Of a stretch of 64,000 bases of DNA, positions 52,201 to 64,000 are shown piece after piece (position 1 is the first letter of the stretch; every line of letters begins with the position of its first letter). The DNA is taken from NCBI GenBank assembly GCA_003344405.1, contig NOWV01000195.1, forward strand, positions 62,001 through 126,000. The letters are read 5' to 3'. The stretch is from Trichoplax sp. H2 (lineage: Eukaryota). Below the pieces are notes generated by a model. That model had not been told where the DNA came from. It saw only the letters and a program-made list of their open reading frames with translations, and ran no database searches. Both the position numbers and the translations under genes were made by a program.

Positions 52201-55200
52201 ATCACGCTATATTCTGTATATGTTATCGCTTTTTAAGATATATGCCACTTTCGAAAGGAGGATACTAAAAATTGGATAATTTTCCTAATTTTAGCGATTT
52301 ACGTTTCAACTATCTCACCTCTATTACAGAAGCTAATTTGGATTTGCTAAGCTTGAAAAGACTGTAAGTCTTCTAATATGGTAACATTCGTATTAAAGAA
52401 ATTGTTTTAATCCACAAACATCTTTACTCTACTTTATCTTTAACCATAGTAACTAGTTATATTCTGAGTTTAATGCAATAGTTGGAGCTTAATTAACTAA
52501 AAGTACGATCAAGCATTGCAGCACTAATATTTGCAAAGGTTAACTGCATTCACTTGACTAATTTCAGACATTTGTTAGCTAATAACATATCCATCTTTAA
52601 TAGCCGCGATTTTAAGGGGATTCCAAATCTGGAACATTTGTAAGTCTCCATAGTTCTAATAAGCTAGTAATCGCTACCGTTTTAATCTATTCACCTAGTA
52701 TATATCGAATTAATCGTTGTTATAAAATCTACAAATCAAAAGGATAGTAGAAATTTAAACTCTGTGCGTTACAATTTAGTAGCAAGTTCTGATTAATGCC
52801 GCATTTGAAATATGACAATAGTATTTCAGTGATGTCTATAATTCGAGTGTTAAATAAAAAAAAATAGCAGTACAGAAATATTTTAATATTTTTTAAATGA
52901 GATTGCTTTACCAACAGAAGACTACGTTTTAACTATGTCTAGTCAGTTAATTGTTTCATAAATAATGTTGCTATCATGCAGTTCAAATAAAAAATTATCG
53001 ACGTAAATTTTTACATATTTTATCCTTTTTAAGCATTTATTAACTAGTTGAATAAAATAACGATATACAAATTCTACAAAAATGTTTTATTGCTAGAGAT
53101 TTACAACATCAGCAGCATGCAATGTCTGCAATATCCTATGATGAACTTAAATCTTTAACTAAATTAACCCAACTGTAAGTAAAGGAATCCTACAAATGAC
53201 ACGAGTGAGAAAGTTATTGAAGTAAGATAGGTTAAGCTATTGCCATATATATTTCCGTAATAGGCAAACCATTATAAATATACGCCTAAACTATAGCCGA
53301 ATATATTCTTAATAAAGAACAATTCAATAGTATCCTGTTTAAATTAATTAACTAGCAACTGAATAAATATTCTATTACAAAATCTGTAGAAAACTAGGAT
53401 ACAATGCTATTAAGACTCTTGGAAACGGCGAATTAATGCTCCCAGCTTTAAAATCACTGTAAGCTGTAAACGAAAAAGCAATTTTTTTTAAAAATAAAGG
53501 CTAAAGAATTTCTTGGCATTATGCTACCCTCCTTAAACTGAATAGCCTTAAACTGAACAAAATTTGTGCTTGCTGTTTTCGTCAATAAATTTTGATTGCC
53601 TAATCATTTATAGGAGAATAGAGAATAACAAACTGAAATTCATATATCAGCACGACCTTGATGGAATGCCCAATTTAGAAATACTGTAAGTATGCATTTG
53701 ACGTTAGGAGACTAAAATAAAATGGCTGTTTAATCATCCGATACATTAGTATTTGATTATAGACAGCTTATACGAGTAATATATTTGTCCAGTAGCTTAA
53801 TCATTAGTCAACGCCTATCAAGCTTCTGATCATTAGTATTTCATAATATTGAAATCAAATTAATTCTAGCATCAAAGAAATAACTTGGTTAATAACTATT
53901 TAGTTACAAACTACTAGTATCATTTTTAACATAAATAATGTCATGAAAACAAATTATTTTCTTAGTAACATGAACTACAACAAAATTACAAAAATCCAAG
54001 ATAGCGCGTTTAAATTGACGACAAAGCTGCGGTTTCTGTAAGCATGAATTAACTCTTTCAAGTCAATACAACCTTTATTGTTCGAGTATTCATTATTTTA
54101 ATTCAACAATAGCGGCTATACTAAAATGTTTTACATGGTATCACTTGCTACCTAGATATGTTGCATCATCACAATTTATAACATTGAATGCGGTGCTTTA
54201 ATTGGATATATATGCCATCATAGCTTTAAGAATTTTTTCTAGCGTCATATTTAGTATGTATAGTTCTAATATACGTGTATCCAATTTAGGCAGCTGTCTG
54301 CAAATCGTATTAATTCATTGCCTGATAGCATATTCTCAAATCTGGTTAAATTAGAAGTCATGTATGTATCGCAAGATTTTAGTAGAAAATCGCCTTTTAT
54401 ACCTCATATTGATACTTAATCTATAGTTAGAACTATTTTCAGCCAGAAATTGGCTTTCCTAGCTCATTAGCATATTATTTGATCTTTAACTTCAAAAGTA
54501 TAACGCCGTAATTCTTGATTCATATTAGGGATTTAAGTAACAATCAGTTACAACATATTTCCCATTTACATTTTAAAAAATCGAACAAATTGCAGCAGCT
54601 GTAAGTTAATAATGAGTCCTACCGAATGATATCTATTTAAGTTTTTAGCTAAGAATAAATGCAACCACATGGTACATGTGGTAAATACTAGCTTTCACTG
54701 TTAATTGGATATGCTAAAGTTCTATTTATTCCACTCTTTTAGCTACTTAAGTACCAATAATATCCATACCATCGATAATTATAGTTTCCGAAATTTAAAT
54801 AAGCTAAAACGCTTGTAAGTAAAAGCCTAATAACAAACATACGATAATTATATATAAATATTGGGGTGAAAACAGATAATAATTCGTAAGTAATGAATTT
54901 TATTGTATATATATATATATATATATAGGTTACTTACCAATCTGAACTGTTAAAATAAGTTTTAGTGTTACAGTCACATACAACTACAAACTTACAGCTT
55001 ACGGAACGAAGTAACAGTGCAGTTTATTATTTTCACCCTTTTTTACTCTTGACGTTTAATCATCTCATCTGCGACAATACTATGCGATAATCTTACCCCT
55101 TTTAATTAACTTCAGTTACTACCTTCTGCAGAGCTTTGAACATGAACGCGATAAGAATCATTACCAGTCAAACATTGATTGGATTGAATTCCCTGGAATC

Positions 55201-56893
55201 TCTGTAAGAGTAGTTATTTCATTTTTGTATTAGGCGAAGCTTTACCGGCGTTGAGTGTAATAAATTAGTAACTAGCACTAATTTCACTCAATTAATCATT
55301 CCAGCTCTTTATCAATGAATTGCTTGCAGAATATCAAAGATAATGCTTTTATAACACTTCAAAGCTTAACGTCGCTGTAAGTAAATGCATACATACGCGT
55401 GTGCTTGTCTTATGGCCTACCAATTTCAGTTCCTATATTTTATAGCATTTTAGCGAGTACATCAGTGTAGATGGCGTAATATTAAAAAATAAATATTTTT
55501 GCCTTTATAAATTAAATTTAGCTTAGATATCAAAAATGAGCTCACCATCATAATAACTACGGTATTAGAGATGATAACCTTGCGTTAATACCGATTTCTT
55601 CGTACACTTTGTCGACACTGCTCGGAAGTGTTCGAAAAATGTACAATGACGAGATCAAATTTACTGTACATCCTACGAAGTCACAACTAAATTTATCAAC
55701 TATATTGAGCGCATTACAGTGTGCTATTCTAAACCAACATATCACATAAAAATATCAAAGTAATCAAGATATTTCTATTTTTCTATATTTTAGAAGAATT
55801 AGTAACAATATGTTAACAACTTTACGCAAAAACACATTTACCGGATTACGACAACTACAGTTCTTGTAAGACTATTTATGGTGACGTAGACGTAATACTT
55901 ATACAACCTGCCTTTAGTAAATTTGTTATACAAATAGCATATAAATTACATATGTATAGTAAGTAATTAATGTATTCGTTATTATAATTTAAACTTTAGG
56001 GCTTTGCAGGATAATTATTTACAGTGTGTGTCATCCAGCGTATTTAGGCAACTTCCACAATTATTAATAGTGTAAGTTTCATTAAGTACTATTAATAAAT
56101 TTATTTTCAGTTTATAAAGGTAATTTTGTCACCATAGTTTGCTAAACTGAGCTTATCAAAAACTGTGCTTACAGGGGTACCAATTTTACATCCATATGTT
56201 GTATGTTGCAAGCTAACACCACATGTTATTCTGTCGGTAAAGCTATTTGTCCAAGAAATATTAACTCATCTTCCTGTAATGTTACTATTCTACCAGCCCC
56301 TTCTATTCGATGTCCGTATAGGTAAATGATGTCCTCCTAATATAATTCTGACTATTCTGCCACAAAATTTTAGTTCTATCAAACCATGCTCAAATGTTTA
56401 AAAGCAAGTATAGGCTATGCAAATATTTATGATAAACTCGTAATATTATTCTGACTATTCTGCGACAAAATTTTAGAACTATAGATGTTTATCAATGATT
56501 TTATATGCGCTAAACAAATATTTAGATATAAAATTTTGCTTAAACTATCAATATTAATATAATTTTTCCTTGTTAGAAGTAAACCTGAATCAACTAGCAT
56601 CGATTATAATAGCAACATGATTGCCTGACTTTTTTCGCTATAATAATAGGATATCAACGTCTCCTACCCCAGCATTACAGGCATCATTACCGACCAATTC
56701 AACGCCCATTTATACAATGAATCTTACTGCAACCTTTTTCACTCCATCTACTACAAATAGCACGACCATACCATATACTACTCATCCATCAACTTCTAGT
56801 AACGGAAGTGCCATATCTATGGTACCTATATTTCATCAGCTCAAAGTAATGGCTACATGTATAGCAGCTCTGTATTTAATAAGTGCCATTTAA
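46293..56893 (+). CDS. LRR cell-surface protein paralog 5 (17 LRR exons, long mucin-like stalk, GPI-type tail), ~591 aa
   Basis: Exons 46293-46344 (MKSKTSILVLSMIFIQA), 50213-50321 (QCPSMCLCKINSVTC). LRR exons start at 50478, 50852, 51154, 51343, 52295 (69), 52568, 53097 (78), 53390 (69), 53614, 53966, 54290, 54529, 54743, 55132, 55305, 55794, 56000. Cap 56175-56321 (GTNFTSICCMLQANTTC...). Last exon 56650-56893 (Thr/Ser/Pro stalk ..STSSNGSAISMVPIFHQLKVMATCIAALYLISAI*). Total 1776 nt. Confidence 0.9.
54906..54927. repeat. (TA)11 microsatellite, intronic
   Basis: Directly visible. Confidence 0.9.
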
Positions 56894-57786
56894 GCTATTT
56901 TATAATATCTATAAAATCCATTTAATACCTATTGCCAGTTATTAATGTTTGCCAGAAACACAATTTCTTTAAATTAATTAAAAAACCGGCAGAGATATGA
57001 GAGAAATATCCATTAGCTTTTAAAATTGTTTACGTTCGCTACTAGACTAGACTATAAACTAGCTAACATTGATTTATAATGTAAGTATTATTATATTAGA
57101 TAAAGCATTTTTATAACATTACATAGGCCCTCGTATAGAAGCTGGTAAATTTAAAGCATAATATTTATTTTACTTATTTCCATAAATAGCTGGTATTAGC
57201 ATTAAGGACGATTGAAGATATAATAAATAATAATCTAATGCAGTACTTGTAAAATTTAGTAGATTGGCAAGATGATGATTATCTCTAAACAACGCGGGTA
57301 GTTTTGGATGATATTACTCATCCAGATACGCCTATAATAATGGCAAACAATATATAATTTAGGAATAAATTGCGTATTTCAGAATCTGTATAAAGTAAAA
57401 TCGCCATAATAATCTTTACCAGCTATCATCAAGGCAGTATATCGATAGCACTTGAATTTCCCTATTGTTGTAAACTATCAGTACTGAAACTATGATAAAG
57501 TATCGTAACATTCACTTCCTACGCCTTGAACGTATGCCATATTATAAATAAGCCATAGATTTTAGGCAAGTTTTATTTCGTAAGGTTTTTACAGTATTTC
57601 CCCTTAATAGATTATTCACTGAGCATTATTAATGCTATCTAATTAATGTGATGTTCATACATAGCTTATGTCAATAAAGACACTGTTATTCGTAAAATTT
57701 AGAATAAATTTTCCTTAAATCGCATTTACGAGTATAGATGTTTATATTCTATCTGACTCGTCCATGTTTGGCTTTGAAATCTTTAC

Positions 57787-60700
57787 TTATATGTCAATTT
57801 TTCTTAAAACATAATAATTCTTTCGGGAATCATTACAAATCATTAAATTTTGATCATCACTAAGTTTTAATTTCTTTATCCTCTTCATAAGCTGGAAACA
57901 GAGCTGTTGCACGGGTTGTAATGTCTTTCGATGATAAATTCGAATTAAATTATCCTCTAATTCTAAAATATATTTTCCCTGCCAGCATTGGACAACATTT
58001 AATAATTTCATATTACAATGCATCCATACTCCTTGATATCCAATTGAAATTATGTACCAATTAGAATTGTAAATCTAGAATAAGTAGCAAATCATAATTT
58101 TGATATAGATTACATTGCTCAGAACATTATCTTTATGTTGTATCTTGTATTAACTTTCTTATGCTTATTTTAATATAAGTGTAAAGTAAAGTTAGAATAG
58201 AATTTAAAGCGAAACCAGAAATTAATCTCAAAGATCTATAACAATTGGGGCAGTATTCAGTCTTGAAAAATTTTTATTGAATTGATACTACTGGAATTAA
58301 ATTTTAATCATGGTTAAGATATTAATTAGAATAACGTACCACGTAATTAGTCCCGTACTGTACAAAGAAATAATCACCATTGATTGAATTGATCGCACCC
58401 TGATATTTATAATTGTAAAAATTCCTGAGGATGAATCATTTCATGTTATAACAATATTATAATGACACCTACTTCTAAAATTTTGTAGTTAGAAACACCC
58501 AATTCGGCACTAGCAAGTTTTAGATCCATCGGCCTGCTAATATTTATACTGGATCCATCAGTAGGAATTGAGATTTTTGAAATATTAATATGACTGGTGG
58601 ATGGCTGCTTTCGTGTCTGCTGTATAATAGAGTTATTATCCAATCTATATACCTATTGCAAATTGTGCACAATAAACGATTTTTCAATTTATGACATTTT
58701 GATAGCAATAGCCATAGTATTAAAAGCAAATTTAATGTAAAATAAGTAAATGCATTTAATTGTTTAGGCTACCGCTTTTTAACCGCTTAAAGCTTCTTAA
58801 AAGCTCTAGCTGGTAATTATGTTTTTATACAAAAATTATCGATGACATAAGACATTCGATCAGTTGCAAAGACTATTCAGCACCTTCAATATATGTCCGA
58901 ATTGATGAGTCCAGCTATGAACAAGCATGTGATGATCATCTTCAAATATGAGAACTTTTCTCTTACATAGCGGATCATATTCTTGAAATACCTTGACTAT
59001 TTGTCCATCTAAGTAATTTATCATGCTAATGATAAGACCATACGAATACTGTTGTAAATAATCAGAGATAAAATAGAATTAGCAGAGTAGACAAAGTTCA
59101 AGGCTAGAATTATCAATTTAAACTTTAATGTAACCTCTGAACTAGTCAGTATAGCAAATTTTTGCGAACGATTGTTATTGAATATTAATTATAGAAATAA
59201 AATACTGACATGAAATTGTTCTTCGTCATATTTCCAAGTAAAAATAAATTTATGGTCAAACTTCCGATAGTTCATTTTCCATAATTGCAAATTATAAGCT
59301 ACAAAAGTTTGCTCTGTTTCCCATTTCACACGCCTAGGATTGTTTACTTCTCGTAGCTAATTAGAATGAATGAAACTAATTAACAAATCACTCTATTGGG
59401 CACCAATAGCTTGATATAGCGAAGTAAAATTCAATTAAAAACGATCAGTAAGCTCTTTAACAACGGCTAATGAAATAGAAGTGATTTAATCTATAAGTTC
59501 CTAAGATTTCAATATTTTCAGTATAAAAGGATGTAATCTCAATATAGCTCCTAAAGAAATAAGAGAGCGTATTCAGGATACAAACTAATTCGCCTAAATC
59601 TTATACACGGACTGACTGATTGCTTATCCACTTTTTTGAGTATTCACACATAGACTAAATTTCAATGTAATAGATCTACATCATATATTTCACGTGTATT
59701 CGCGATAATAAGAGAATCATCAATTATCAATTTCAGCTAACAATTTATAAAAATTTTCTTACTAAATATTTAATAAAAAGATTAAGGACTCTATAAAATC
59801 CTACGATATATTTAGTTTCATTGGAATTAATTTGACTAAGATGAGAACTCCAACGCCTTTTAATTAATGTACATGTATAAGCTTCATAAGTAAGAGAGCT
59901 CTCGGGAGGTCATACTAGATCTGAGTACTAATGATAATAAAATAGTAGTACCTAATAGTCACCTAATCAGTAAAATCTTACTTGAGTAATTACATGCGAA
60001 TGCATAGAATGTGATGTTCGCGAATTAGAACAACCACCGTTACATTCATATTTTTCTAATATAATAAAATCATGCAGATTTTGGAATAAGCAAATATTCC
60101 ATTCTTGTAATGGTTTACTGTTGGTCCATCCCCCAACACGATTAGAAGATACTTGTTCCAGGGTTTCTCCTTTGTAAATCTAATATGTGAAATGTATATA
60201 TATAATGTCAAACATCCTATTTTTAATTAATCTCATATATTGCTATTTCATTGAAGTATTCGTTTTTAGAATTAATGAATAAGGAAATTGCACTGCGTCT
60301 TCATTGTTTAACATGCTTTTGCCAGCATTTAGTAAGATAAACTAATGCTAGTAATTAAGGCACATTAGCAGGGCCATTTTCCGAAATTCGCATACTTTGT
60401 AACTTACATTTAACGTCAGAATTTGATCCAATAACAAAATAATAGCCAAAATAGGAGTTTGATTTATAAAATTATAATCTATCGCTAAAGATTTCCAGTT
60501 TCTGTTTTTTTCTACATTGTAACAATAATGTTCGCTTCTAATGATGTTCATATCACTTCTAATTATGTTTATATCTTGAGAATGTGGTCGGTATATTAAT
60601 AAATCTTGCATTCCAGGAATAAAACGAACGTGATAAATAGGCCATTGAAAGTGAATTAATCGACTAGGAATGATGCCATCATAATTCCATTTTATAATCT

Positions 60701-63700
60701 ATGGAATTGATATATGAACAATCAGATGCCATAGTCCTCTAATAATATTCATTCAATCGCTGATACTATGAGTAAATTCTTATTAGATCTATTAAATGCC
60801 TGGAGATTTGACATATTTATTCGAGTATGAAATTACAAATACTTGTGTACTGAAATATAATAATAAGAAGGAGGAATTTATAATCAAATTTCTAAGCTAA
60901 TTTACAAACCAGGAGATCTTCCGAATTTGCAGACTGAAATAAAAGCAGCTGACAATCATATGAGGTTGATAAATGCTTGTATCCATATTCTAATTTGTAG
61001 CATGCTCTGAAAAGGTTCTTAAATTCTTTACGCACATCTATCGTATTATTTTCATTTTGCTCGAGTAAAACATATCCCAGAATGCAGCCATATTGGACTA
61101 GTAATGCATTTTTGAGGCCATCATATGATAAATTTTGTAGCAGTAGTGTTTTATTTTCACGAACACTTTCTTTCGTGGTAGAGTAGTCGTACTTTAGTAT
61201 CAATCTAGGTAATCGAATACGCCAGATACGATAAACATCTTCGATATTCCAAACCTTTAGGGAATATGGTAAATTAGTGATTATATAGCAACATCGATGA
61301 ACTAAAGCGTTATAAATAAGTAAATACATTGCTAGTAATTAAAATTAAAAAATCACATCAATTTGGCATTTATTCCATGTCGCTGCATGGTATTTGACAT
61401 TTTCCTCCAAATTTTGTTTCGTCCAGAACAAAAGCATAGATTTGCTTACTGCAAACTGTTGCCATGACACTAAATTACTTTCAACAACAATTCTTTCCTT
61501 ACAATATGCGCTAGTCTCGTAAATCTGCCAAATCTAAATAGAAATAATTTTGTTAAATTTATTCCAAAAGTGTAGCAAATACTCTCTAGAACCTTTTCAG
61601 GTACAATCAGGACTAGATGTAGTGATCAAGGTAACTAGTTGTTACATAGAAACTAGAATCTTAACTATACTTTTACAAAGTACGCATCTTAGACTACATT
61701 GCTGTGATACTATACTGTAATTTTATTACGCTACAAGAGGGCTCTATTGCTATTTTTTTCATACTTAGCTCACGTACTTTAATGATAGACTTTCTACTCC
61801 TTACATCGATAGTAAAAGCTATATGAGCTATTTTAGGAGAAAATTCTAACTGACAATCAGCACAATCAACGATATCAGCGTTGGAATATTGAACAAATTG
61901 TAGTCGTTCATGATTATCCGCCAACCAAATTTCCCATTTGTGATACATATTGCTATTAGATAAATTCACATCGTCTTCGCATCCTATAAGTACGGTTATT
62001 ATACAGCTTCGTTAACATACTCAAATTTATATTTTCTGAGCTACAAAGTTCGTTACAGGAATACTATCAAAACATATCTATTTATTTCCTGTACATTTAT
62101 TGATAAGAAAATGAATCTTCAATATTTAATTAATGAATTGGCTATTATTCCAGCCTTAGAGCAATAAGTATATATCCAAATACCTTTATCATTTCTAGCA
62201 AATGTGTTGTAATAAAGCGCATCTAAACCTGATAGTCTTGGCTATAAACAAAACAAAAAAATTTTATCGTTACTGCTAATACGCTGAAGATAATCAACTA
62301 ACATAGTTAAAACTAGAAAAATTTAGGATTTCCTTATGTTAAGTGAATCAAAAAGGTTACAGCACATGATGCAAGTATTATAGAAAGCATATGGATTAAA
62401 ACAATCAGGTTCGTAATAAAGATCAAGGTTAAAAAATTTTTTAAAGATAAAAAATAAATACTAAATTTATCAAAACGAATAATAATTCTTACTGGCTCAT
62501 GATATTTCAGGGCTATAATACTTCCATCAGCGCTTATTTTGATCGATTTAATTTTAACGTTCATCTTAATCCAATTGGTTACAGAGTTTCCCTTATCATA
62601 AATTAGCGTCTGCATAGTAGAATATTCAAAGTAAAATATTTAAAAAGGTTGATAACATCAGGTAAACAGCATCATTATTTTCATTCAACTTTATTTGGAT
62701 TAAGTAAATCAATACGGAATTTACGGATTCTTATTATCATTCAAAGGTATCAGATATTGAAGATAATTGGAAATTATTGTAATTTTTTTTTTTATCAATT
62801 ACAAAGAGTTCCTTACCGTAACTTTACTTTTCATGCCATCATTTTCACATAGTACAAATTTTAGTTCTGAGAGTGAAGGATTTGAACAAGCATAAACCGG
62901 AGAAGAGCTCTTAACTCTTTTTGTAAAAGATTTAGCAGTGATTTTGTTCTGTTCCTCACTAATTGCATACCAGCATCTTAAGAATATATCATAAATAATT
63001 ACACTTAAAATATTACCAACTTTATCAATATTTTAACAGACCACGAATAAATATCGCATCATGTCATTAACGAGAGCTCTGGTACCGTAATTTGGAATAG
63101 ATGGACAGTTTTTCTACTGTTCGTGCTTTAGCAATTGCAAGTGCTTTATTAAATATCTGAGTGGTTTCATCACCAAAGAAAAGGATAAACTGCACCAAAT
63201 CGATATTTTGCATGTTTAGATACTGCCCAAACTGTTTCAATATATGAAACAGCTCGGCATTGCCATACTTTATTCGCTATAAATATATTGTCCATTAAAA
63301 TGCAGTCCAATAAACCAGCTCAGTATATTCAAATAGTGGTAGTTAAATATAAACTTTTAACTATTATCAAAGTTGACCATTTCACTCTTTAGCAAATAAA
63401 TATATATAAAAATTCTTCTTTAATAAACTATTAACTGTAAGCTTAAAAAGGTTAACTCGTTACAGTTTACCTACAATTATATATAATTATTGGTTATTAC
63501 TCTTTATACGCAGTAATTAAACTCGTCACCTAAAGTTTCTGACTTTAGCTTAGTGTAGAAAATAATGCAGTTAAGCTTAATATACTGTATACCCGTATTG
63601 ATTCAAATCATTCTTAGATACAGTTACACCTAATATACTTCATAAATATATATTTATATGAAACATATAATTATATATTTATACGCATATATGTACAATT

Positions 63701-64000
63701 GCTTAAACCATGATTATCAAGTTACCTTTGCTTGAAAGTAAGTTTCACAACATTTCATATCTAGATAGATACTCGAAACGGCTCTTGTAGCTCTTAGTTT
63801 AGTTTCTGTCCATTCAATGTCATCTATTAGTCTTACTAAGGTATCGGTAGCTTTAGCATCTATTATATGTTCGATGATATAATGATAGAAGTAGCCATCA
63901 TCTTTATGTTGATTCCATAAGCTACCATACTTCCAATAACAGCTGTCAATAAGTTTAGCGTGCAAATTTATTTTATGATCACAGATATCAGGACCTCGTT
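57787..64000 (-). CDS. Apaf-1-like protein, 3' part (helical domain HD2 + degenerate WD40/beta-propeller region); multi-exon, 5' end outside the window
   Basis: Exon ending at ~63726 reads HAKLIDSCYWKY..DDGYFYHYIIEHIIDAK..LVRLIDDIEWTETKLRAT. The next (~63276-63086) reads NIDLVQFILFFGDETTQIFNKALAIAK. Both resemble Apaf-1 HD2 as recalled (YWYNFLAYHM..DWIKAK; NIVQLGL..SEVYQQAK). Downstream exons are beta-propeller-like (IKSIKISADGSIIAL, LEFSPKIAHIAF, LSTSYDCQLLLF). The last exon ends LKLSDDQNLMICNDSRKNYYVLRKIDI* at 57787. Internal exon boundaries not all verified; the NB-ARC domain itself is not visible. Confidence 0.75.

Noticed and set aside
56341..56482. ~40-bp direct repeat (ATTCTGACTATTCTGC.ACAAAATTTTAG) in the last intron of paralog 5
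   Set aside because: Small local duplication with no sign of function.
6218..56893. True VLR-style somatic assembly locus with an incomplete germline gene and orphan donor cassettes
   Set aside because: Every LRR exon found fits in order into a complete gene with its own start, caps and stop. I saw no convincing orphan cassettes in the long introns or intergenic DNA (by eye only).
6218..56893. Toll-like receptor or intact LGR GPCR annotation
   Set aside because: Each gene stops at or just after one hydrophobic segment; no TIR or 7TM exons found between the genes.
1..64000. CRISPR array, prokaryotic operon/defence system, tRNA or rRNA
   Set aside because: The DNA is intron-rich and eukaryotic. 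The periodic signal is spliced LRR exons, not repeat-spacer units. No RNA gene was recognised.

Overview
AT-rich eukaryotic (metazoan) genomic DNA with many short GT-AG introns. The composition, intron sizes and gene content suggest a compact early-branching animal genome such as the placozoan Trichoplax (inference). From left to right: (1) a two-exon G/T-mismatch thymine/uracil DNA glycosylase gene (TDG/MUG family, minus strand, 923-1739). (2) A head-to-tail array of five paralogous, apparently intact cell-surface LRR genes (plus strand, 6218-56893) that the ORF track largely misses because each LRR is its own 69/72/78-nt exon. I assembled all five by hand, and each model is open and divisible by 3. 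Architecture: signal peptide exon, LRRNT exon, 12/15/14/16/17 single-LRR phase-2 exons (74 in total), an unusual 6-Cys 'CC' cap exon, and a Ser/Thr/Pro stalk with a hydrophobic, mostly GPI-type C-terminus. (3) The 3' part of a convergent Apaf-1-like (helical domain + degenerate WD40) gene (minus strand, 57787 to the window end). All four N-gaps lie in the LRR cluster. Each is where the assembler placed an empty allele next to an allele carrying a TG...CA (LTR-like) insertion. Main candidate system: a diversified family of VLR-like, probably GPI-anchored LRR receptors, possibly LGR ectodomains that lost the 7TM, built from freely interchangeable exon cassettes.
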